In this document: one piece after another, positions 1 to 12,778 of the stretch
How positions within the stretch are numbered: the first letter of the stretch is position 1
How the letters are laid out: the number at the start of each line of letters is the position of its first letter
DNA from: Felis catus
Taxonomy: Eukaryota
NCBI RefSeq assembly: GCF_018350175.1
Contig: NC_058368.1
Coordinates: 175,648,001 to 175,712,000, forward strand
Direction of reading: 5' to 3'
Length of the DNA: 64,000 nt
Translations under genes and position numbers: made by a program
Notes under the pieces: model-generated
Databases searched by the model: none
The model's input: only the letters and a program-made list of their open reading frames with translations
What the model was told of the DNA's origin: nothing

Positions 1-371
1 TGTGATTGGCTCCAGGATGGGAACATGAGGGAAGCATGGCAAATGAGACTCACTTCTAAGACTTTCAGCAGTTGGATGTTGGAAAAAAAGACCCTCTCTT
101 TTTCTACGACGATTGCCAGCTATGTAAATACGTCAGCCTGGAGCAAATGGGGCCTCCATGTGCATTGTGGTTGCCTGAGAAGGAGGCCAGCCCAGGGAAG
201 AGCAGGACCAAGAAAACCTACAAGGAGGGGACCCAGCCTTCCGGTGACTTCCGGAACTCAAAATGTACCTCTCGCTTTACAGCTCCGTAGACTTAATACT
301 TTCCTCTCTGCTTACACATGTTCTAAAGTTGGGTTTTTGTCACTTGCAAACAAAGGATTTCTGACTAACAC
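1..371 (+). mobile_element. Old MaLR LTR (MLT1K/J-like), 3' part
   Basis: Ends gttgggtttttgtcacttgcaaacaaaggatttctgactaaca, resembling old MLT1 3' termini. Confidence 0.55.
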
Positions 372-494
372 CACCTGGATAATATTTATTCCATCCATCT
401 TCCCTCTCCCTTCTCACTCTCTATGCCCTAATTTCAGCCTCGTCATTGGCCTTGCCATCTCTACCCTGGGTTGTCGTACCAGGCCGCCAACTAA

Positions 495-700
495 TGATTA
501 CAACAGAGTAACAGTAGTTGAATACCTGCTGTGACTTGCCTGCCGTTCACAGTTACTACGGTGACCCCGCAAATCGATGTTCGCATCTTACTGATAGAGA
601 CTGAGGGGCCCAGAGATGAGGGGCTTGTACGGGGTAAACAGCGCAGCTAAGAGTCTAATGCAGATGATCTGACTCCGAAGCGCATGCTCTTTGACCACAG
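495..700 (-). mobile_element. MIR SINE (diverged)
   Basis: tgatagagactgaggggcccagagatg...tctgactccgaagcgcatgctctttgaccac resembles the reverse MIR core. Confidence 0.65.
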
Positions 701-934
701 CCTCGTCCTGCTTCGTTTAATCCTAGGTGGGCCTTGTGTCCCCCCAGCACATATTTAGGTGGGAATGCTTTTGCGCGCGGAAGCACAGAGCCATGAGTAA
801 AGCCAGGCTCTGTTAAATATCTCGGACCTCACGGACCCTTTTTAGGGGCACTAACGCTAGTGTTGATCCATTAGTTTTCTTGTGTCCTTATTTTCCTGTC
901 CCCCAATTTGCATACTCCTTTTTAATTTTGCTGC

Positions 935-1135
935 CATGCTCTCACTGGCTGGGTTTGACTCATATGCCCATCACTATACAGTGACTGTGGTCAGGAGCTG
1001 TGCTATCTGGCTGGGTGGCCGTGGGTCGTATGCTCGGCCCTGGGTCACGGTCAGTTCCACCCACACTAGATGGATGGACCGGGTGAGATGATCCCCCAGA
1101 GACAAATCAAGATGTTGTTACCCAGAAGAGGTAGC
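935..1135 (-). mobile_element. Old MLT1 (K/L-like) LTR fragment
   Basis: ctctcactggctgggtttgactcatatgcccatcact...aaatcaagatgttgttacccagaagagg. Confidence 0.45.
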
Positions 1136-2514
1136 CCCCTCCTCCCACCTGCTGACCAAGACCTCAGCCACCCAAAGCAACAGTCACTGATATGATTTTG
1201 CGGTGTGCCAAGCCCCAGGCTGAGCACTGGAAGGACAGAGATGGGGCACAGACTTGCCTCTGATCCGGATGGCGGAAAGCTCACTGTGTGAGAGTAAGGG
1301 GACCATGGACAAGCCAACAAAATGCTGGGGGATGCGGCCACAGCCAAGGAAGTACGGAGCACCGTTAGAACAATTCCTACTGCTTGGGGATGGAGGAGGG
1401 GACACAGGAAAAGCCATACTGAAGGGCTAACACAAGCTGGGCTTCAAAGGGTGTAGCAGCTTTTGTCAGGGAGGATGGTAGGGCAACAGCATTTCTGGCA
1501 GAGTGGAACAGCATGTGCAGAGATGCACAGACATGAGAAATCTGCTGGGCTCTGGGAAGACAGTGGAGTTGGGTGACGATGCAAAACAAGGAAGGGGAGA
1601 AAGAGAAGAGGTGATTCACCCAAGGAATAAAGGAGAATAAAAGCAGAAAATTAACGCTTTGTGTTTGGATGTCTTTTTTCTGGCCTTTTATCCAAGCTTT
1701 GCAAAGACACCAGAGAGGAAGTTGGTGCTTCCCCACTCTGAAGCTTCCCTGGGGACGTGAAGGTTTAATTCAGAGCAAGATGAAGAAAAGACCTGGGGAG
1801 CTAAGTGTGGAATGGAGAGACCAAGGCAGCCTGGGGCTTGAGCACAGGAATGAGGACCGGGGAGAAGGGGGCAGGCCGAGGAAGGGACAGATCAGTTGCT
1901 GAACTCTAAGAATACGTGCGTGGCCGAGCCCCGCACACTGGACCTTGGGGTTACGGAGATCAGGAAGGCAGGGCTTTGGGCTCCACAGGCTCACAGTCTG
2001 GCTCACAAGGAGATGGCAGAGACAGCAGAATGGGCTGAGTTCTGTGGCTTGGTTTGTCTAGCAAGAGTCCACGGGAGCACCGGGAGTACCTGCTCCAGCC
2101 CAGGGACATGGAGAAGGCTTCCTAGAGAAAGTGACGATGGATCTGGGCCTTAAAGGATTAATAGGGATTCGCTACCTAAGACTGAGGAACTCTCGTGACC
2201 CCCTGTATTCCCGTTTATTAAGACGGACCGCACTGTAGCTCCTTGGCCAATGGCTATCCTTTCTGCTGAGCTCCATAGGCACTCTGTCTATCTGGTTCAC
2301 TGAGTTTTCTCCCGTACCAAGAAGAGTGTTTGGCACACAACGGGTGCTCAAATTACGTTTGCGTGCACATGAGACAACACCCCCAGTGAAGGGTGCACAC
2401 ATAGCACGACAAACCGGTTCGGGACAAGGCCCAGGGCAAGAAATGGCCTTGATTGTCCATCTGAGCCATTTGGATTTTGTCCTCTAAATGGCGAGGGGCA
2501 TGATCAAATTTGCA

Positions 2515-2750
2515 CCCACCCATTGATTAATAAATATTTATTGAGCATTTACTACGTGCCAAGAATTGTGTGAGACCCTAGGGTTATCAGGAGACCGAGG
2601 CCAACTCCTTCCCCATATGGAGCCTACATTCTCCTGGGAAAACAGACAGGAAACTAAGGAGTCATCGAGAATATCTTCTCAGCTAGTGATGAAGTGCTAG
2701 GTAGAAAAATTAAAATGGGCAAGAGGTCAGAAAAAGATGAGAAGGGACAA
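2515..2750 (-). mobile_element. L2 LINE 3' end
   Basis: taaatatttattgagcatttactacgtgccaag...ggagcctacattctcctggg, reverse L2 terminus. Confidence 0.7.
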
Positions 2751-2975
2751 GCTCGGTGCCAGATGGGGAGTGTGTCAGATAGGATTGTGTTCAGCTGCAT
2801 GCAGCAGAAAGCCTGACTCACGGTAGCCAAACATATAGGAGTTTATATGTTGCAACAGGAAGTCCAAGAGGTAAGCCAATGGCACCTCAGTGGTGATGTC
2901 CAGAAACCACGTTTCTCCATCTTCCTTTCCTGCCTCCTCAGCATTATCTCTGAGGCGTTAACTTTTGAAAAAAAA

Positions 2976-3193
2976 TTTTTTTTAATTTTTTTAACGTTTA
3001 TTCATTTTTGAGAGAGAGAAACAGAAAGCAAGCGAGGGAGGGGCAAAGAGAGAGGGAGACACGGAAACTAAAGCAGGCTCCAGGCTCCGAGCTGTCAGCC
3101 CAGAGCCTGACGCGGGGCTCGAACTCACAAACCGGGAGATCGTGACCTGGGCCGAAGTCGGACGCTCAACCTACTGAGCCACCCAGGCGCCCC
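2976..3193 (-). mobile_element. CAN-SINE (SINEC_Fc type)
   Basis: polyT, (GA)n, ...tgagccacccaggcgcccc; TSD-like acttttgaaaa / acttttcaaaa. Confidence 0.95.
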
Positions 3194-3708
3194 GACTTTT
3201 CAAAATCTTTAATGAGAAGGAATTCATGCATTTCATATTTATTTAAAAGTAAGTAATTAAAATGACTTAAGTTGATGCCTTGCTGATGTGTAAATTACTC
3301 CATCCAAAAAAATTCTGGGAAGTCTGATGCTCACAAAGAAGACCGGTATGAGTTTTCTGGGGTGGAAAATAAGGGGAAAGGGCCAGAGCCACATCTGGGT
3401 TGATGTGATATACGATTGTACCCACCAGTGGGTGGGTGTGACCGTGTGTGCGTGCATGCAAGGTATTCAAGACCTTTGCTGGACGCATTCCAGTGGAAAC
3501 AGGCATTCAGAGCAAGAAATGGAAATGGGGAGTATAACTCCCATCTCCCCCCACCTCCCACAAAGAAACGTGGAAACATTTCAGGCTTCCAAAATTTCAC
3601 TGAATGGGAGACGTGGGGCAAGCTGACGGAAGCTGGTACTCGGTTTACAAAGGAATCACTCTGGGGCCGTAGGAAGAGGGACGTCAGCATGAAAGTCTGG
3701 TAGCTTTA

Positions 3709-3936
3709 GGGGCGCCTGGGTGGCGCAGTCGGTTAAGCGTCCGACTTCGGCCAGGTCACGATCTCGCAGTCCGGGAGTTCGAGCCCCGCGTCAGGCTCTG
3801 GGCTGATGGCTCAGAGCCTGGAGCCTGTTTCCGATTCTGTGTCTCCCTCTCTCTCTGCCCCTCCCCCGTTCATGCTCTGTCTCTCTCTGTCCCAAAAATA
3901 AATAAACGTTGAAAAAAAAATTAAAAAAAAAAAAAA
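3709..3936 (+). mobile_element. Young full-length SINEC_Fc
   Basis: ggggcgcctgggtggcgcagtcgg start, intact A/B boxes, (CT)n, A-tail; perfect TSD gaaagtctggtagcttta at 3691-3708 and 3937-3954. Confidence 0.98.
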
Positions 3937-4466
3937 GAAAGTCTGGTAGCTTTAGTTGGGGAGAGATAGGTAAGCCTGGATTAGGGCAGGTGATAGGGAT
4001 GGATAAGAGGGGGCAGCTGTGACAGCTATGGAGGGGAATGCTGAAGCGGTGACAGTTAACGTAGAATTGAGTGAAGGGTTGCACTGGGTAAGACTTGGTG
4101 AGTGAGTCACAAGTCAGTAACAATGTCAGGCTCCAACACGGGAGAGTTGCTTCTAAGGCAAAGCTCAAGATGGCTTGTAGGGTCTTCTGGATACTAAGAA
4201 GTTCCTGAAATCAGCCTGCCCTTCCTTTATTGGTGGAGGCAGCCAATCACGGTATCCAAACGCTCCCTCATTCACGGTACTGGGCATTCATTAGTGTCTT
4301 GGTGGCCAGTGACAAACCCATTAAAAAACAAAAATATGGCAGATCTTTGGGGAGTTTGGGGAATGCAGACCAAAGAGCCTAGCCCTTGGGCCCTAGTCAC
4401 TAGGCACTTGAGTTGGTCACTGGGGGAAATTCTGTTGAGAGGTGATAAAACTGTTGTAAAACACTT

Positions 4467-4620
4467 GGGGCCAAGTTCATGATCCCAGGGTCATGGGATC
4501 GAGCCCCACGTCGGGATCTGCACCCGGTGTGGAGCCAGCTTAAGAGTCTCTCTCTGCCCCTCTGCCTCTCCCCCACACTGTGCTCTCTCTCCCTCTCCCT
4601 CGCCCTAAAATAATAAAAAC
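4467..4620 (+). mobile_element. Older 5'-deleted CAN-SINE
   Basis: catgatcccagggtcatgggatcgagccccacgtcggg, (CT)-rich body, short A tail. Confidence 0.85.
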
Positions 4621-5307
4621 AAGAGTTCTTTTCCAACAGATTTTGAATGCATTTCTTTTTCTTTAATGGTTTCAGGTCATCACCTGGGCTCGGCACTAAA
4701 TATCACTGGGGAACAAAACAGACAAAAATCCGTCCCCTCACAGAACTCTGGTAGGAGGGACACCCGAAACCCCAAATAAACAAGTCGTCTATGTATAGTA
4801 AGCCAGTTGTTTCCTTTTGTTCTTCTGTGTTAAGCAGTGCTCAGCAAACGCCTTGGAGCCAAATGCATCCTTCATTACATAATTCACTTACAAGTCATGT
4901 TGTTTTCTTCTTTTTCCACTACGTCGTCAAAAGGAGACTTGCTCCAGACATGTGTCAGTCAAGCAGCAATAGGCAACGTTCTGGCTACCTGTTGCCTCCG
5001 TGTTTTTCATCCAGATTTAATGATTTTCATCCATCAGAATTAAAGATGGAAGCATTTGAAGCTTCCAGAGGTGAAATGTCCGAAGATCAATCGGTTGGCA
5101 AACAGGGCCCGGGCATCCTATTCACAGGTCGAGGTGGTACCCATTTTCCATCGCCTGACTGCAAGGCCATCTGTTCTCTGCTCCAGGCGAAGCTGGTGGC
5201 CCGTGGGCAGATGTGCCTATGTCTCATGGTAAAGATGTGATTATGTGCACAGCTCTTGATATGTGATAAAGCACCTTCACATTTGTTATCTCTCCATACT
5301 CAACATC

Positions 5308-5780
5308 GAGTTGTAGATTTAGCAAGTGAAGTTACAGGACATCCAGTTAAATTTGAATGCAATATTTGGGACACACTTATATTAAGAAAAAAAAATCGTT
5401 TATCTGAAATTCAAATGTAACCGGGTGATAAATTTAGTTCAGTGCATTTGGGCTGCTAGAACAAATTCTCATAGAACTAGATGGCTCAAAAACAAATTTA
5501 TTTCTCGGAGTTCTATAGGTTGGGAAGTCCAAGATCAAGGCGCCGGCAGATTCGGCGTCTGGCGAGAGCCCTCTTTCTGGTTCACAGGCAGCTGTCTTTT
5601 CTGTGTCCTCACGTGGCAGAAGGGGTGAAAGGACTCCCTGCGGTCACCATGACCGAAGATCTCCTAAAGGCCCCACCTCCTACTGCCATCGCATTGGGTG
5701 TTGGGATTTAACACATGAATCCTGCTGGGACGTAAGCGCTCTAGAGCACCGGACGTTCCGTATTTCATCTGCAACCCTAA
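5308..5780. mobile_element. MER53-like hAT MITE split by an LTR insertion (pieces 5308-5425 and 5749-5780)
   Basis: acaggacatccagttaaatttgaa...tttatctgaaattcaaatgtaaccggg, resuming cgttccgtatttcatctgcaaccct after the LTR. Confidence 0.8.
5426..5748 (-). mobile_element. MaLR solo LTR (MLT1A/MST-like)
   Basis: TG...CA ends, flanks ccggg/ccgga, body gggaagtccaagatcaaggcgccggcagattcgg. Confidence 0.85.
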
Positions 5781-6449
5781 CTAGAATCCTCAGAGGTAGG
5801 CGAGACCAGTGCCTCCTTTTCATCACTGAGACTCAAAAAGTAAATTGCCTAAGGTCCACAGACCAAGGAGATGACAGAATGGAACCCTTCCCCTTTGCTG
5901 CTCCCTGCTTGAACCCTGGGTGGTATCTTCAAGGCACCCAGGATATGGTGGGGTGGAGGGTGAGGTTCTCGGGGCTAGAAAGGAGGGGCTGTGTCAAGGG
6001 GAAGCCGTGGAGGGAGGGACCGCCATGGGTAGCAGACCCCACTCTTCTTATTAGCGGGCAGAGGAGGGAGGGTTTCCACTCTTAGTTGCAACATGTTTTC
6101 GGTTTTAGTTTACTGTACCAGGGCCCCAGGACCCCAGCCAACAAGACTGGAAAGGCAGGAAGCCATCTGGAGCTACATGCTGAGTCATAGGGCCCGGAGA
6201 AAAACAAGAACATCATGACAGCAGAGCAGGGGGTGGGGAGCAACCTCCCTGGAGATGGAAATTGAGGTGGGCACCAGAAATAGAAACTGCTCCCTCTGAA
6301 GCTGCAGTTAAGAAGTCCCAGATCGCCATGCATTTGCAATTCAGTTCCTGTTAAGGGCCGACTGAATGCAGCGGGTCTGTGAACAATGTCCATAAATCAG
6401 GTGGTATAACAGAAGTTTCTGGGTTTGCTTTGTTTGTTTGTTTGTTTTT

Positions 6450-6650
6450 CAAATCCTGGCCTTCCCTCTTCTCTGACTAGCCGGCAGCCCTTGGGCAGTT
6501 TACTTAAACTTTCTGACCCTGTGTCCTTTGCAGTAATAATAATCCTTATCTCCTTGAGATAGGTGAGGGTTTCAATGAAATCACATTTTTAAAAGTGTCC
6601 TGCAAAGGTCCAGCACACCATTTGGTCAACAAATGGTAGGTGTTATTATC
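6450..6650 (+). mobile_element. MIR
   Basis: tcaaatcctggcc...ccttgggcagtttacttaaactttctg. Confidence 0.7.
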
Positions 6651-6984
6651 AGAAAGACATAAAAATATCTTCATGTCAGGTTGCTGTGGGGACGAAATCA
6701 GATAAGATATCTTCACTCTTAAGAGAGCTCTGAACCTACGTCTGAGTGACGTTTTAGCGAATGGTAGAGATTGCTTTCTCCTCCAGCCCCTGGATCCTGA
6801 GGTGACTGGTTCTGGTTTCCCTGGGTGCTGGTTAGTATGGCTAAACATACACACACAATGAATGCCTGCATGATGTGCGTTCATTCCATTCCACAAATAT
6901 TTCCTTTATCGCGCATGTTTCTGGCCCAGCCTGTGCAGAGGTACAGGAGAACAAAATGAAGATAAATACTCCTGACTTTTCTGT

Positions 6985-7205
6985 TGTTTTTAGCAATTGC
7001 TCTGTACCAGGCACTAACCTAAGGGCTTTCTATGTACTGAATTCCCAGGACATCTCTTTCAGGTTAGTCCTATTATAATCTCAGTTTTATGGATGGGAAA
7101 ACTGAGGTTCTGAAGGATTAAATACGTTGTCCCAATGCACAGAGCAAGTAGGTACCAGAGTCCGAGTTCCATACCAGGTCTGATCCAACAAAGGTTCTGA
7201 CTCTT
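6985..7205 (-). mobile_element. MIR
   Basis: cagttttatggatgggaaaactgaggttctgaagg. Confidence 0.75.
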
Positions 7206-7879
7206 CTGTGGGCAAGGTCCCAGAGGGAGGAAAATTCTCACTCGGAGACTGAAACTTAGTCAGGCACAAAGGTGTATAAACAACACAAGGTAGTGAGATG
7301 ATTAAATGCCAAAGAAGACGTTGGTAATCAGAGTGATAGCAGTTCTGGGCTGGAAGGGGATCCCTAAGGGGCTTCCTAGATGGTGGGAGTGGGGCAGGGA
7401 ATAGCGCTAGACCTGGGGACGGGAGACGGAGCAAGTCACAGGGAAGGCAGGTGAGCAAAGGCACGGAGGACTTGGCCAGGTGTGGGCAGGGTTCAGTGAG
7501 AGGCCATCTGGCCAATCCCGGGTGTGTTTTGGAGAGCAAAAGAAGGAAGATCCAGCTGGCAAAGTCTGGCGGGGGTAGGCTGTCATTAATTTCCAGAAGG
7601 ATACATTCCTCAGCCTAGCTAAAGTGACTTTTAGCCTTGCTGCATCACCACCTTGGAGGATCCCTACGTATCACGTGTTGGGCTTGGCCAGCAGTGGTCA
7701 AAGGGGTACTGATGGTCAGAAAGGAAGGAGGTTTCTGCAGATTAAGCGGGCATGACCTGTCTTGCCCAATGGCCTCAACCTTAGCTCTCGTGGATAAGGA
7801 GAAAATGATATTTCCTTTGCCTTCAGAGGATTCTGCTAAGAAGACCGCACACTAAGGGTCATTAAAGCAAATTCAGAGA

Positions 7880-8200
7880 CAGTACGACTTTTCCTCAAGT
7901 CCGGCTGCCAATACCTATCAAGAGGATTAAAACCATGCACCCTTTGATCCCACGGGTTTTCACCAGCAGGAATTAATCCTAGGGAAACGACCAGGAAGGT
8001 GTGCAAAGCCCCGTTATGTGTGTACAAGGATGGTCGCTGTCATATTACGTACAAACACCCCAATGAGAGATGTCCCAACTAATCAGTAACAGGGGCTTGG
8101 TTAAAAATGATACATCCGGACAATGGCCTACCGCACTGCCATTAAAGTTGTTGTGGTCACATTGCAGTAAGTGAAAAAAATCAAGTTGCGAAACATTGAT
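7880..8200 (+). mobile_element. Ancient L1 (L1ME-like) fragment
   Basis: ccctttgatcccacgg...ggaattaatcctagggaaa...gatacatccggacaatgg...gccattaaa; probable continuation at 8730-8890 after an L2. Confidence 0.6.
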
Positions 8201-8234
8201 CTAGTATGATGATCTCAGCTTGGAAGTACCATAA

Positions 8235-8725
8235 TCTAATCCATTCACTGACTGAATACTTAATGTGCTGTATGCCGGGCAATATTCCTGGGCACTGGGG
8301 ACACGGAAGGGAACAGATTCAGCGTACCATTTGGGGGAAGCCAGGGAACAAACAAGATGATTTCCAGGAGTAGTGCAATGCCATGAAGAGGATGTAAGAT
8401 GGGCTGATGTAGAGTGAGTGACGAAGAGGGGATTATCTGAGGAGGTAACATTCCTATCTTGACCCGTATGTTGAAAACCATCCATTCATGAGGATCCAGG
8501 GAAGAGCATTTCAGACAGAAGGACAAAAGCCTCGAGGCATGATGCAACTGCAGTTTTAGGCGGGGTGGGAGGACGGACCGAGACCTAGTGCATGAGTGGG
8601 GAGAGAAGGGGTGGGAGAGAGGCAGGTGCAGGCCAGAACATGCAGGGATGAAAGCTAAGGTGACGTGTTTACAAGGAGTTTGGATTTTACTCCAACTTCA
8701 GTGGGAAGCTACAGGATTTTAAGTC
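8235..8725 (-). mobile_element. L2 LINE 3' region
   Basis: cattcactgactgaatacttaatgtgctgtatgccgggc...ggagtttggattttactcc. Confidence 0.75.
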
Positions 8726-9509
8726 AGGCAACGATTACACTTACATTTATGTTATATTTATGAACCAGAATGAAATATACCAGTGGATTAATAGAGATCA
8801 CCAATGGGTAGTGGGGGGACGAACAGTTTTTATTTATTTCTGTGTGCTTTTCTGTAATTCTCCAGCTTTCATAACTAGAAAAAAAAACCCAATAATTTCT
8901 ATTTTTAAATACCTCGCCAGAGAGCATTGTGAACCTATGGTGACCACTGACGCGGAGTTGCAGCGTGGAAAGTCTTTCACCTACGCAATCTCGTTGGATT
9001 TTCCCAATCGCCCTGTGAGTTGAGTCAGATCGTTTTAATTAGCTCCATTTTGTAGGTGAGGGAGCTGAGGTTGGGAGGGGCGGAGAGACTCTGGCAGAAA
9101 ACGGTACAACTGAGGCCAGAATGGAGGGTCGGTAGGCCTTGCCCAGGCTTCCTGATTTTGCCACAGAGCTGGGCCTGTGGGCTGGTCTGGCTTAGATTTA
9201 GCCGGAAATCCAGAGGCCCCAGGGAGATGTCCATAGGATGACTTCCCTGCTTGGGAGGGAGGAGGGGACTGGACTCACAGCCCCCAGGAGCACATGGGTG
9301 CAAGAAGAGGGACCTTCCCTACGTGACAGGTGCTCCCTAAGCATTTGTTGAATTGACGAAATAACTGGCTTTGGGGGGAAACACCGGTCTTGGGTGGTGG
9401 TTTAGCTGACCTTACAGTTCAGTAGCTGTGTGATCGTAGGTTAAGTCTTCTACCTGGCAAGCCCGAGTCCTCCTCGGTAAAATGAAGAGGTTTATGGTCA
9501 CTCACCCCT

Positions 9510-9755
9510 GTGAAGTGTAAGAGTTAGGGCCGTGCTTGGAGCCGGACGGCCTGGGCTCCAATCTGTTTCCACCTTTTTTTTAGCTGCAACCTTGTGGAGC
9601 TACCCAGCCTCTTAATACCTCAGTTTTCTTATCTATCAAATGGGGTGATATTACTTGCCTCCAAAGGATGGTGTTAGGATTAAATGAGCGGATAAAGTGC
9701 TCTGAAGAGGGCTTGGCACATGGGATGTGCTCCTCATACGTCAGCTGTTAGTATG
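9510..9755 (+). mobile_element. MIR, near full length
   Basis: cctcagttttcttatctatcaaatggggtgata...ggattaaatgag. Confidence 0.8.
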
Positions 9756-10122
9756 AGCATCGCAGGCCTGGTGAAAGCACCTGAGAAGCTTCCGGAAGCA
9801 TATGGAGAGCTTAGCGCCCGGTACCAATCCACAGCAGCTTACCGCTCCTGCCCTTCTTTCGCTAACGCCCCCACCGCACATCTTTCTGTTCAGAAAGGAG
9901 ACCCCTTACCCACCAGGAGGGTCCGCTGCCAAGTTAAACAATAGATCTACTCTCTCTCACCCCCGGCTTCTGTCTGTTCAAGGGCACGCGAGGAATGTCC
10001 AATGTCCAATGCATTTCCCAATGTCTCTGTTTCCGATTCAGTTCCGGAGCCACCTTCTACACGTCGGGCTTGACGTTGGCTTTGGTGAGAGGTCCCGGAG
10101 TCAGCCTCACCTCCGACCTCCG

Positions 10123-10149
10123 CCCCCCCCCCCCCCCCCCCCCCCCCCC
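10123..10149. repeat. C27 homopolymer
   Basis: Direct reading. Confidence 0.95.
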
Positions 10150-12778
10150 GATTCTCTCAAACTTCAGTCGTGTGAGGACCACCCGTAATTGTGCCAATGG
10201 CTGCGGGCCACTTTGGTCTAGTCTTTCCCTCGTTATTTTTCTGTAACTTGTCTCACATTCCAGACTTAAATGCATTTGTTCAAAAGGGAAATGGACTCAT
10301 TACCATAAATGGAAAGCCAATACCACCTGCCACAAAAAGAAGATGCCCATAAAAAGAAATACGGTGCAAATAAAGCAATTTTATTGAATTCTGGGGGGAC
10401 AGCGTTGCCCATTGAAGACTCTGGGCTTAAGGCCTGCTTGATTTCCATTTAAAAGGGAGATGTGGAGAGGTGCTAAGGTTTCAGGAGGGTGTTAAAGACC
10501 TGTGAGTGCCGGAGCTGAGATTGCCTCCTTGGTGTCATCAAGAGGACAGAAAGAGAATTCAAAGAGAAGAATTCGCCAGCCTCGTGATTTCATGCTTTTA
10601 TTTCCTTGTTTGCTCCCCTTCTAGAACTTTCTCTTGTCCGCCAGGAACCAGGGGGGCCCCCTTTTCCAGGACTCAGTTCTTTATTGAGAAAAGCTAAGGA
10701 GAGAGCCGCCTACCCTCTGCTTCTCACTTACTAGGTCATTTTAGGAACATTCTTTCCCCTCTCTGAATTGAGGGAGCTGGATTGGAGAAATAAATGCCCT
10801 TCTCAGAGGATTTCCGGGCCCTAAGAGCCTGTGCGGCCTTATCCGAATGTGCACCCGGCTGCTCATCGGCGTTCTCTCACCTGCTGATGGGGCAGGGGCC
10901 ACGTCCACCCAGCCTCGAGGCATGGTCTGGGCTGCTGGATCTCCACAAGGAGCCGAGCTGTGGGATTCATCACATACCCACAAATAAATTCACGTTTCCT
11001 GGGGGTGGATTTTCTGCTCGTTGAGTCGAGCAGATGGCTGTGCTGGAGTTGAGAAAGGAGGTAGCCAAAACCCCTCTCTGCCTAGCCTAGACCCTAGGAA
11101 GAAACGAGCAAACAGCTCCCTGACTTTGGGCTCCGTCCCTCCGTTCAGCAGCCCCTGCAGATGTTTCCTTTCCCAGAGAGCCTGGAGGGGGAGCCGCTGA
11201 AGCATCACCCCTAAATTATTCCTGTTTTCACGTCTCCTCCCTGCCTCTAAGTCAGCCAGGATCTGCTGCACCTGCACAGCATCCAGATTTCTGAGCCCAA
11301 TATTCAAGACCCTCTCCAGTCGAGTTCCAGTTTACGTTTGCAGTCCTGGCTGCCGGGACACCCTTCCTGGATCCCCTTGGTTCTGACAAGCTGGTTCCCG
11401 GGCACACAGTAGGCGTGAAGAAATGCTGAATGAAAGAACACGCCTTCTGCTGGGCTGACTCTAAGGGTTCTTTCCGACAGACATTTCTTGAATGTCAGGG
11501 ACAAATGGTGCCCGAAGCCTTCTTATCTGCCAGGCCCTGGTGGGCTGGGGTGTGGGGGGCACTGTCTTGACTTGCTGGGGATTTTCCTGGTTTTGGCACT
11601 GGAAGTCTGTGTCCCAGGAAACCCCCAGGACAAAGGCAAACCAGGAAGTTTGGTCCCCTTACGAGGGCAGGTTCCATAAACTCTGTCTTCATGGGGCTTC
11701 CGGCACGGTGTGGGGGATGGCATGAAGCAAATTATCCTACAAAGAAACGAGTAGTTACAAACCTTGGTGAGTGCAAAGGAGAAGCCATCCCTGAGCTGAG
11801 CAACATGGGGAAAAGCCTTCTCTTCTCTCGGCCCTGGAGAGGCTCCTGGTTGCTAGGAGAGAGAGAGACATACAGCTTATTTAATATAAAGCGGTGAGTG
11901 CAGTGAATCAGAAATCAACACTCTCTTTTCCCTGTCCACATTGCACTCTTTCTATTTTAATTGGGGCTTCAAGCATCGGAAACCCACTGTGGTGAACTAA
12001 ATGGATATATATTGAAAGAGCATGAGAAGAAAAAGCTGAGAAACCAGCCCTTGCAAGGGGGGAGAAACCATTGTTTCTTAGGTTGTTGAGAGAGTAGAAA
12101 ATAATGCCAGAACAAAAGAACGTGCCTTGTTCTGTTTTCATTAGAAAAATGGACTCCAGCCATTCGCTGCCCAGTACTCTAATTCCAGGAAGAAAGAATC
12201 TGATAGCCAAGCTTGGGTCGCATGCCAGCCCCCTGGCTAGGCTGGGGGTGGGGGCGGGGGTACCGTGATTAGAAATTCCACGAAGATTGTGCGCTGTGGG
12301 GCATGGGGGCGGGATGGTTGCTGTTGCAAGACGGAAGGGCTGGGATGCTGAGAAGGTGAAGGCCTCGGTCATCCTTACGTCCTCCTCAAGAAGTGGCCCA
12401 GAGCTCCTGCCCTGCGGTCACTGCCTTCGGAGAACCTCTCTGCTTGCCTTCTGACCAGGATATTGTCACCGTGGGCAGCCCCACGCCGACAGCTGCCTTC
12501 CCGGACCCCAGTGTCTTGTCCAGCCGCCCCGACGGTGATCACCTTGGAGCATGCGCCGTGTCCTCGGGCCCAGCCGGTACAGAGCCTGGTGCAGACCAGC
12601 AGCTCTGGGCTGAGCGCTCCCTAGAGAGCTTTAAAGAGCCACGAAGATCCTGCCATCCTTGCCCTGGCCCCCCGCCCCCCCAGTCAAACCAGTCTCCTTC
12701 CTGTTTGCCAAGCACACGGCCTGCCTGCCTTTTGCCATTCTTTCCACCCAGTGCCGTTGCTTTGCTGAGCTCATGACT

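Noticed and set aside
3709..3790. tRNA-like A/B boxes
   Set aside because: This is the tRNA-derived head of a CAN-SINE, not a tRNA gene
4791..5240. 149-aa ATG ORF and possible 56-nt exon at 5015-5070
   Set aside because: The donor is weak, the exon is not frame-preserving and the peptide is unrecognised
10619..10631. Three-unit heat-shock element TTCtaGAActTTC
   Set aside because: Only 9 fixed bases, so about 0.5 copies are expected by chance in this window
10990..11307. 105-aa protein-looking ORF on the minus strand
   Set aside because: It starts at TTG, and I found no convincing splice context or recognisable homolog
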